64,000 bases of DNA, taken from positions 32,001 through 96,000 of the IMG/VR virus record IMGVR_UViG_3300027533_000013; one strand, written 5' to 3'. Numbering within the stretch: position 1 is the first letter of the stretch; the number at the start of each line of letters is the position of its first letter. Made by a program: the position numbers and the translations under genes. The notes beneath the pieces were generated by a model, which had not been told where the DNA came from, searched no databases, and worked only from the letters and a program-made list of their open reading frames with translations. The DNA comes from a virus (taxonomy: Duplodnaviria > Caudoviricetes). Shown in pieces: positions 9,623-17,006 of the stretch.

Positions 9623-9868
9623 TTGTACGCAGAACTTATCAATTATTCGATGGACCCGCCTAAAGTGATCCGGACCATCCGGATCGTGGATGGGAAGCTC
9701 GTCCAGACGGGTGACATGTCTCCGGAGAAGAGACGGCATCTGGAGCAGGAATATCATCTGTTCAAGACCAAGCTGAACGGCAGCGATAAGGATTTCTTGG
9801 AGAATCGGTTGGACGTGGTATTTGCGAGTAACACGTATTACAAGCCGAAGTTTCACCCCGAGGAGTAA
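9623..9868 (+). CDS. putative immunity protein for kinase 3
   Basis: GGAGG RBS, TTG start; MYAELINYSMDPPKVIRTIRIVDGKL resembles ORF 3708. Confidence 0.6.
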   Translation: MYAELINYSMDPPKVIRTIRIVDGKLVQTGDMSPEKRRHLEQEYHLFKTKLNGSDKDFLENRLDVVFASNTYYKPKFHPEE

Positions 9869-9873
9869 TACCC

Positions 9874-11649
9874 GTGCTGCAATCGATTGCAGGATATGCG
9901 GCGGTGCTGAAGGGTGGCACCTATAGCTATGGGAATACCCAGATCCCTATTGCTCCTACCAGTGCAGCCGCGCTTAGTCTGAACATGGCCCGAGACGCCA
10001 TTCAGGATGACCATCTGGAGGGCGCAGGAAAGGACGTGGACCCCAACCACGTCACGGTGCGGTATGGCCTGTTGAACGAGAACCTCGACGCCCTGAGAGC
10101 CTTTCTTGCCAGTCAGAAGCCTTTTGAGGCGCGAGTCGAGGGGGTGGAGTTATTCCCTGCCTCAGAACACTCGGATGGAGCCGTGCCCGTGGTGGCGAGG
10201 ATCGTGTCACCCGAGTTGCACGCTATCGAGGCTGAGATTGGAAATTACGCAGATTTCAAGGAAAAGAGCTTCCCGGTTTACAAACCGCACTGCACATTGG
10301 CGTATTGTAAACCGGAGATTGCCGAGCGGTATCAAGAACTATTTGTCTATGGTTCGTTTGTGGTGCAGAGCATCACCATCAGCCATGCGTCAGGTGTGCA
10401 GGAAACCATCCCGTTCGGTATAACGAATAAGTTCGATGTAACGAAGAAAGATCCGGTCAGCGGACGTTATGTCACGCCGTTTGTGTCGTTCGATAAGCAA
10501 GGCGATGAGCAGCTACGTATGATTACCAGTCTCAACGCCAGCCGCTTGGCGACGTGGGGATTTACGGCTGAGGCCGAAGTGCTGGGGATGGCCCGGTATC
10601 GTCTGACCGCCGTGCTCGATGGTCGGACCAGTAAGTTCTGCCGCATGATTGATGGCCATATTTTTGATGTGGCTGATGCGCGTGAGAAGGTGATTGAAGC
10701 CCTGAACGTGCAAGACCCCAACGACCTTCGCGTCGTCCAACCATGGCCCAAGCAGGACAAAGCATCGATGGCCATGTACAGCGAGATGAATGCCCAAGAA
10801 CTGACTGACCGAGGGCTACACATCCCACCCTACCACCCGCACTGCCGCACGTTGTGCCGGTCGGTGGAGTCGAGCAAGGGGAAGACCACCGAGGTCACGG
10901 CCACGGTGCCTGATGGGACTGAGGTCTTTCAGCCTGTCACAGCGGCTGACCTAGCGGAGATCGGTGTGACAGCGACTCCTGAACAGGTGGCCGAGTGGAA
11001 CGCCAACATCGGCATGTCTCCGGTCGAGTTGATGACCAAGCTCACTGGAGGGCGTCCCCAAGAGGTGATGACACGAGGCGTTGGTTCGAAGCCGGTGGAG
11101 TTTCATCCCTCTGGGGATATCGGACTGAACGCCCGAGGGGTCACGGATGGGGTGGAATTCAAGCTGGGGGCGATACTGGACCCATTCACGGGTATCTTCT
11201 ACTTGACCCGTGCGGAGTTGGCTGAGGGCACGCCAAAGGCCGAGGCCGCGTTCCTGAAGCGTATGTTCAGTGCCATGCTGGACATGGGGAAGAAGTCCAC
11301 GGCATCCTCGATTGCGCTCAGCGTGGCCGGTAATGCGGCATACTACGCCAAGCTGGGATTTCTGCCTGACGAGTTGGAATGGGATGCTCTGCGGACGTAT
11401 TCACTGGGAGAGTTGGAAGCAGGAGTGTTGCAGCCGATGATGGCATCGCTGGCCCCGGCTGATGCGTTGCTGGTGAAGCAGCTACTACAAGATGGGTCAC
11501 CATCGGCCTTAGTTGCTCTGACCGAGCTACCGTTCACCTACGCAGGCAAGACCATCGGTGAGTGGATTCTCAGTGAGTCGTCAGGTATTTGGGCACTGGA
11601 TCTGGCCGATGATTTGATGGTAGCGCAGGCGAAAGCGTACCTCTCATGA
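9874..11649 (+). CDS. 2H phosphoesterase (Acb1-like) + MuF/SPP1 gp7 C-terminal half + GNAT-like domain
   Basis: Two HxT motifs (HVTVRYG at 10048, PHCTLAY at 10285); MuF motifs AVLDGRTSKFCRMIDG and PPYHPHCRT; C-terminal AAYYAKLGF. Confidence 0.75.
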   Translation: MLQSIAGYAAVLKGGTYSYGNTQIPIAPTSAAALSLNMARDAIQDDHLEGAGKDVDPNHVTVRYGLLNENLDALRAFLASQKPFEARVEGVELFPASEHSDGAVPVVARIVSPELHAIEAEIGNYADFKEKSFPVYKPHCTLAYCKPEIAERYQELFVYGSFVVQSITISHASGVQETIPFGITNKFDVTKKDPVSGRYVTPFVSFDKQGDEQLRMITSLNASRLATWGFTAEAEVLGMARYRLTAVLDGRTSKFCRMIDGHIFDVADAREKVIEALNVQDPNDLRVVQPWPKQDKASMAMYSEMNAQELTDRGLHIPPYHPHCRTLCRSVESSKGKTTEVTATVPDGTEVFQPVTAADLAEIGVTATPEQVAEWNANIGMSPVELMTKLTGGRPQEVMTRGVGSKPVEFHPSGDIGLNARGVTDGVEFKLGAILDPFTGIFYLTRAELAEGTPKAEAAFLKRMFSAMLDMGKKSTASSIALSVAGNAAYYAKLGFLPDELEWDALRTYSLGELEAGVLQPMMASLAPADALLVKQLLQDGSPSALVALTELPFTYAGKTIGEWILSESSGIWALDLADDLMVAQAKAYLS

Positions 11650-11792
11650 AGATGACCTTGAAACCGCTCAAGACAGACCATGCCACGCTAAAAATGGTGG
11701 TGTCGAAGCCTGTACCGAAGGCCAAGGCCCATCTCCAGTTGGTGACCAGACAGGGTGTGTCATCGGAACGAGCGAAGCAGTTACTGAGCTAG
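11646..11792 (+). CDS. small basic hypothetical protein (48 aa)
   Basis: ATGA overlap with 9874..11649; MKMTLKPLK...AKQLLS. Confidence 0.35.
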   Translation: MKMTLKPLKTDHATLKMVVSKPVPKAKAHLQLVTRQGVSSERAKQLLS

Positions 11793-11871
11793 GAAAATAG
11801 TTGTTGCGTTCTTGCGTTGTCCTGTAAAATAAGACCCCGTGCAACTGATTGCAATTGTGAGTCAGTAACCC

Positions 11872-12978
11872 ATGCCCCTGCATACGAGTCGATTCGTGTC
11901 CCGGTATGGACTCACACATGCCGCAGAGCCATCCAAACCCAAACTCCCCTTTGAATTAGTCCTGAAGTTCAACAAGTGCCACGCAGACAATTCCGGCCAA
12001 TTCTGTGACACGAGTGGTGGCACAGGTGGTAAAGAAAGTGGCGGCATAGGCGGTAAAGAAAAAGAGACTGCGAACTTCAAGAAAACTGTCCCGAAGGACG
12101 GTGAATATCCGGTAGGCACAGAACAAGACCCCATCATCAGGGCGTCAGTGAAACGTCGGTACATGGCGGGGGAAATTGAACTGGCCGACGAGCAAAAAGA
12201 ATTCTTTGGGATCGGGCCGGAAGTGAAGTTCAATTCCAAAGCGGCCAAGGTGACGAAACCCTCCGCGAAGCCATCCGACGTGAAGTCTGAGGACGGGCCG
12301 ACGCAAGTGTTCTTGGATGCCAGTACGCCGGAAGGTATCACCACGGCGCTGAAGGCCATGGGATGGAAAGATAAGAGCAAGGTTACGAACCGTGACGAAC
12401 TTTTCAAAATCGCGGAAAACAATGGGAAGATTGCGGAGAAAGGGCGTAAGCTCATTCTTGAGGCGTTGGAAAGTAGCCCCCGTGGGAAGGGAAAGGTCAA
12501 GGTAACGAAGGCGAGTGGGATTGATCAGAAGACGGCGGATAAGCTACAAGCCAACGTCAATCTCTTGCTGCACCCGACCATCCTGAAGCAGTTGAAGTCC
12601 AAGAGTACGAATCTGACGAGGGGCAGGTCGAGTGGAGATGCCCATTACTCACATTCTATTGAGGGTCAGATTACGTTTGGGCATGGGATGAATAAAAACG
12701 ATCAAGAAGCAATCTATGTTCATGAATTCGGGCATAGAATTGAAGTGTCAGTCAAAGGGTTGTTGGCGAAGGCAACCAAGGCCCGAGACAAAGCCGTCAG
12801 TGAGAACGAACCGTTGGTCAATGAATACTCCGAGAAAGTGTACGAGCATATTAAGGGCACAGAATATGTGTCGTCTGGATACGAGCACTACTTCCGCGAT
12901 CCCATTTCCTTTGCCGCCAAAGCCCCGAAACATTTTACGTTCATTCATCGGCTGGTGACGCGAGGGGAGTTGGTATAA
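11872..12978 (+). CDS. tagged zincin-like metallopeptidase effector
   Basis: Tag FELVLKFNKCHADNSGQFC; HEFGH at 12721 and downstream EYVSSGYEHYF. Confidence 0.7.
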   Translation: MPLHTSRFVSRYGLTHAAEPSKPKLPFELVLKFNKCHADNSGQFCDTSGGTGGKESGGIGGKEKETANFKKTVPKDGEYPVGTEQDPIIRASVKRRYMAGEIELADEQKEFFGIGPEVKFNSKAAKVTKPSAKPSDVKSEDGPTQVFLDASTPEGITTALKAMGWKDKSKVTNRDELFKIAENNGKIAEKGRKLILEALESSPRGKGKVKVTKASGIDQKTADKLQANVNLLLHPTILKQLKSKSTNLTRGRSSGDAHYSHSIEGQITFGHGMNKNDQEAIYVHEFGHRIEVSVKGLLAKATKARDKAVSENEPLVNEYSEKVYEHIKGTEYVSSGYEHYFRDPISFAAKAPKHFTFIHRLVTRGELV

Positions 12979-13244
12979 TGCAGGCGGTTATTAAGGTCGA
13001 GGGTGTCGAGGCGACATTCGATGGAGAGCGATGGGAGTGTCCCGATGCGACGTTAGCGGCGTTCCTGAATGCGTTTCGGTGGATGGGTTCTCGCCATAGC
13101 CAGTATGGTAGTGCTGGAAGCCATGCGGTGGCGGTGGCTGAAGAAATAGGAGCCGAAGTCGTTTCGGTGGAAGATACACCCACGGATAATGTCGATATCG
13201 TGAAGGGGTTGGGGGAGTCCGACGATGAGTCGGATGAGGAGTAG
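12978..13244 (+). CDS. small acidic protein, candidate immunity for the metallopeptidase
   Basis: TAATG overlap with the peptidase gene; 88 aa, acidic. Confidence 0.5.
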   Translation: MQAVIKVEGVEATFDGERWECPDATLAAFLNAFRWMGSRHSQYGSAGSHAVAVAEEIGAEVVSVEDTPTDNVDIVKGLGESDDESDEE

Positions 13245-13248
13245 TTTG

Positions 13249-14064
13249 ATGGCCATTGACACTCGCAAATCGCTGGTCAAGAAATACAATCCCAACCACG
13301 GAGTTGATGGGCGGTTTACATCAGGGTCCAGTGGGCTAGGAAACCGTCGTATTGGAGAGCGTGGCGGTGGCACCGCAGGGGCACCTGTGAAGGATGCGTT
13401 TGGCAGGTCGATGGGTTACCAAAGCCCCCATCCTCCAACGAAACAGACAGTAGCCGCCCACAGTCCACAGGCACAGCAAACCGCAGCCCACCTTCATGGC
13501 GCGTCAGACGGTGGTTCGGGTATCGTCAAAGATCGCGTCTTCATTCCCGGTGTGACGGATGAATTTGGGAGAACGGCTGAGGAACAAGCGGCAGCAAAGG
13601 TACCCAAGTTTCAGATTGAGAATCCGGCTGGACCGGGTTTTCAGTTCAGTAGCGCACAGCGACAGGCGAACGCTAGAGAGATGTTCGGAGCATCACCGTT
13701 GAAGCCAGATCCTTATGGTGAGACCGCCAGAAAACCAAACATTTTGGTGAGACCAGAACCGGCTGCGTTTGCGACCACGATGCGAACACCTAAGACGCCT
13801 GTGATGGCTGAGACGGCTCGCACACCAGCGACCACCAGACATGCCCCCAAAGAGGCCACGTTTCATGCGCCGTCCAAGGACATCAACGAGTATGTGAATA
13901 CTCAGCACATGAGGCGACTGGAAGGTGAATCATTGAGTGCGTATGTGGAGCGCCGAAACTCGTTGTTGAAAACTCAACGTGATCGTGAGGCGAAAGTAGC
14001 GAAGGCGAGAGCGAACGCCAGTGCTCCATTTCTCAGGGGACGGCCACCAGCATTCGTGAGGTAA
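13249..14064 (+). CDS. tagged low-complexity internal head protein
   Basis: GAGGAG RBS; SLVKKYNPNHGVDGRFTSG tag; Pro/Ala/Thr-rich. Confidence 0.6.
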   Translation: MAIDTRKSLVKKYNPNHGVDGRFTSGSSGLGNRRIGERGGGTAGAPVKDAFGRSMGYQSPHPPTKQTVAAHSPQAQQTAAHLHGASDGGSGIVKDRVFIPGVTDEFGRTAEEQAAAKVPKFQIENPAGPGFQFSSAQRQANAREMFGASPLKPDPYGETARKPNILVRPEPAAFATTMRTPKTPVMAETARTPATTRHAPKEATFHAPSKDINEYVNTQHMRRLEGESLSAYVERRNSLLKTQRDREAKVAKARANASAPFLRGRPPAFVR

Positions 14065-14068
14065 CCTT

Positions 14069-14344
14069 ATGCCGCTCACGAACGGGTTGTTGACGAGTCG
14101 TGCGGCTGCTCTGAAGGGTGAGGGCCATATTCACTCGGAGAAGTGGCATCGCTGTGTGGAGCACGTCAAGGCCAAGGGTGGTGGATACGATCCGTACGCC
14201 GTCTGCACCTTCAGCATTGGGTACAATGAGTCGGTCAACAAGGAACATCAGACGCCGGGGCCACATTCTTCACGAGACACCCGCAGATTCAAGCGGCGGA
14301 AAGAGCGTGCTGAAAAGTATGCCGACGTATTGAAATTCAAATAA
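14069..14344 (+). CDS. small basic protein (CxxxV..PYAVC) ending KYADVLKFK
   Basis: GAGG RBS; carries the YADVLK half of the tag at its C-terminus. Confidence 0.55.
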   Translation: MPLTNGLLTSRAAALKGEGHIHSEKWHRCVEHVKAKGGGYDPYAVCTFSIGYNESVNKEHQTPGPHSSRDTRRFKRRKERAEKYADVLKFK

Positions 14345-14364
14345 CCCAGCAATAGGAGCACACC

Positions 14365-14604
14365 GTGACTGATAAACCGACACAGCTACCCACCGATCCC
14401 GACGACGAATCCGCTTCGCCACCGGAAGAAGGTGGTGAACGTCCTGATCAGGGACTTCCCGGCAAACCCGGTGGCATTGGTGGTCCCGGTAGACCCGATC
14501 AGGGGTTGCCCGGTCGTGGCCCCGGTGGACCGGGAAGCATCGGTGGTCCGAAGCCGACGCATCCGATTGCGCCGACACCCGAACCGAAGAAAGACAAGCG
14601 GTAG
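14365..14604 (+). CDS. Pro/Gly-rich small protein with RPDQGLPG repeat
   Basis: AGGAG RBS, GTG start; two RPDQGLPG copies. Confidence 0.55.
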   Translation: MTDKPTQLPTDPDDESASPPEEGGERPDQGLPGKPGGIGGPGRPDQGLPGRGPGGPGSIGGPKPTHPIAPTPEPKKDKR

Positions 14605-14620
14605 GGAAATTCTCCTGACG

Positions 14621-14657
14621 GTTGGCAATTGATTGCACGAATGGATCAGTTGCCAAC
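14621..14657 (+). terminator. stem-loop containing the 14-bp palindrome
   Basis: GTTGGCAATTGATT...GATCAGTTGCCAAC inverted repeat between the cargo array and the protease locus; no clear U-tract. Confidence 0.35.
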
Positions 14658-14673
14658 CTGATTGGGGTGTAGA

Positions 14674-15207
14674 ATGTCCTTGGTACTGAAGTCCGAAGAA
14701 CAGCACATTGTCATGGGCGTTGCTCCGGGCTATTGGGTGTCGAATGATGGCCGAGTGTGGTCCACACGTCCATTGAACGGGCAGGGGCCATTATTGCCGT
14801 GGGAACAGCGCCGAGAGATGAAACCGATTGTTCAGCACAATCAATATCGAACGGTGGTGATTGATAGAAAGACCGTGGCAGTTCATGCACTTGTACTAAC
14901 GGCGTTTGTAGGCCCACGACCAGCCGGGAAGCAATGTCGCCATTTGGATGGTGACAAGTCGAATAACCGGCGAGACAATTTGATCTGGGGTACTTGTGTT
15001 GAGCAGTCAGAAGATCGGGCCAAACACGGCACTAAGTTAGTAGGGTCGAAGATAGGCACGGCGAAGTTGACTGAAGCGCAAGTGAAAGAAGCGCGGAGTA
15101 TGCGACCCACTTTTCCGCTTGATTACATTGCCAAGAAATTTGGAGTGACTAAGACCTGTATTTGGCATGCTGTTTCTGGTTCCGGCTCCAATTGGAGACA
15201 CGTATGA
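14674..15207 (+). mobile_element. HNH homing endonuclease (NUMOD4/HNH type) fused to the former 5' end of the prohead protease gene
   Basis: YWVSNDGRVWS, VHALVLTAFVGPRP, CRHLDGDKSNNRRDNLIWGT, AKLTE; N-terminus MSLVLKSEEQHIVMG resembles the protease start. Confidence 0.85.
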
Positions 15208-15794
15208 ACCGAAAACTCGTAATCAAACAGGACGGTGAACTTCAGATAGCGATGGGCGAAGTTTACGCCCCCAACCGTCCTGATGCACAGGGTGAGTACA
15301 TGACGGTGGTGGAAATTCGGAAAATGGCCCATGAGTTTATCCGCTCTGGTAAGATGAAGCAGATCGACTTGATGCACGGTAATAAGATTGTTGAGGGCGC
15401 GAGTGTTGTAGAGTCGTTCGTCTCGGACGCATCCGACACACGGTTCCTACCTGATTCATGGGTGATTGGTGTTCATATCCCCGACCCAACTTTGTGGTCG
15501 TCCATCAAGAAGGGCGAAATCAACGGTTTCAGCATGGAAGCTCTCGTGTCCCGACACGATACGGATGTGGAGATTGAAATTCCTCCGGTCGTGTCAGGGT
15601 TGACCAGTAAGGGTGATGACGGTCATGAGCATAAATTCTTCGTCACCTATGACGAAAAGGGACAGTTCAAGGGTGGATTGACGGATGTGGTCAATGGCCA
15701 TTCGCATACCATCGTGGCGGGGACGCATACCCAAGACAGTCAAGGTCATCGCCATCGATTTAGTTCTGTTGATAACGTCCGAATCTTGAGGTAG
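15204..15794 (+). CDS. XkdF-like prohead serine protease
   Basis: GEVYAPNRPDAQGEYMT..EIRKMAHEF..IDLMH, VVESFV, W..IKKGEINGFSME; His-rich C-terminus (HEH, HSH, HRH). Confidence 0.85.
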   Translation: MNRKLVIKQDGELQIAMGEVYAPNRPDAQGEYMTVVEIRKMAHEFIRSGKMKQIDLMHGNKIVEGASVVESFVSDASDTRFLPDSWVIGVHIPDPTLWSSIKKGEINGFSMEALVSRHDTDVEIEIPPVVSGLTSKGDDGHEHKFFVTYDEKGQFKGGLTDVVNGHSHTIVAGTHTQDSQGHRHRFSSVDNVRILR

Positions 15795-15798
15795 GATC

Positions 15799-16965
15799 AT
15801 GCCGATTTTTCGGACCAAGTTGAAACAGTTGCGTGATGCGGATGTGCGGTTTATTTCGTTGGTAGATCGAGCCGCCACACGTATTCCGTTCCGAGTGTTG
15901 AAGCGTGAGAAGGAGAACGAGATGGGTATTGATCTGACGCGAGTATTCAAGTCGGACGGAAAAGAGGTGGCGAAGCCTTTTGTGTCGGCAATCGTGGTCT
16001 TCGCCCAGAAAAACGAGGACGCCGCGAAACAAGTGCGGGACGCCATCGAGAAGCACGGGTTCCGCATTGATCGCGTTCAGAAAGCCGATGGCGACGAGAC
16101 GCTGGTCTTCGCCCAGACGGATGCTCCGAAAGAAGTCCAGCTTGTGCGACTGAGCGATCAGTCGTTGGTATCCGTCGCCAACTTTCAGATTCCCTCGGGA
16201 TGGATGGGTGACCAGATCGAGGAGCACGGGTTCTTCCCCGATCTGAAGCTGGCCACTCAGAATCTGTACGACGAGATGCTGAAGGTTGCCAAGTCGGACA
16301 CACCACAGGACCATGCTCAGGCCGCGTTGACCAGCTACGCCCAGTACATGGAGCAGATGATCACGCTCCCGGTGGAAGCGTTCCAGTTGGACGAGGCCAT
16401 TGCTGAAATCGTCAAGAAGTGCTCCTGCGAAGACAAGAAAGAGGACGAGGAGCCGGTGAAGGAAGACGTGAAGACGGAAGACGTGGTCAAGGCCGACAAA
16501 AAGAGTCCCAAGTTGCCGCCGAAACTGGCCGGTGAGTCGGAGGCCGAGAGGAAGAAGCGTCTCAAGTCCCATCCGCCGTCTGAGATGGCTCCGGCTGATG
16601 AGGAAGATGACCAGAAGGGTCCACCGGAAGAAGCCAGCCCCGAAGAGGATGAAACCAAGAAGGCTGACACCGGCATTCAGGACATTCTCGGCGCGTTGAA
16701 GGCACTGAACGATAGCACCACGGCGCAGTTCACCACGCTGACGACCAAGTTGGAAGGTGTCGTCACCGAACAGGCCAGCCAGAAGAAAGTGCTTGACGAC
16801 GTGGTACAGAAAGCTGACACTTTGGGAGCGACGTTGAAGGGTACGGTGGTTGCCCCCGTTGTCTCCGAAGATCGCCCCGCAGGACCAGCCCGTATGCGGG
16901 TGCAGAAGGACGATGATCCTCGGACGGGCAATTTCGACACCGCGTTTCTGCGTCGTCGTCGGTAA
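15799..16965 (+). CDS. capsid scaffolding protein
   Basis: Lies between protease and MCP; N-terminal VRFISLVDRAA motif; acidic coiled-coil; many VxKAD/VxKSD sites. Confidence 0.7.
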   Translation: MPIFRTKLKQLRDADVRFISLVDRAATRIPFRVLKREKENEMGIDLTRVFKSDGKEVAKPFVSAIVVFAQKNEDAAKQVRDAIEKHGFRIDRVQKADGDETLVFAQTDAPKEVQLVRLSDQSLVSVANFQIPSGWMGDQIEEHGFFPDLKLATQNLYDEMLKVAKSDTPQDHAQAALTSYAQYMEQMITLPVEAFQLDEAIAEIVKKCSCEDKKEDEEPVKEDVKTEDVVKADKKSPKLPPKLAGESEAERKKRLKSHPPSEMAPADEEDDQKGPPEEASPEEDETKKADTGIQDILGALKALNDSTTAQFTTLTTKLEGVVTEQASQKKVLDDVVQKADTLGATLKGTVVAPVVSEDRPAGPARMRVQKDDDPRTGNFDTAFLRRRR

Positions 16966-17006
16966 CGACCAGATCCACCATTCACCGTTTTGTAGTAGGA
17001 GATGAC

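Noticed and set aside
14674-15207. HNH genes as group I intron ORFs
   Set aside because: The HNH ORFs fill the inserts and overlap the next start codons, leaving no evident room for a ribozyme core. The downstream genes have their own starts. Not formally excluded without RT-PCR.
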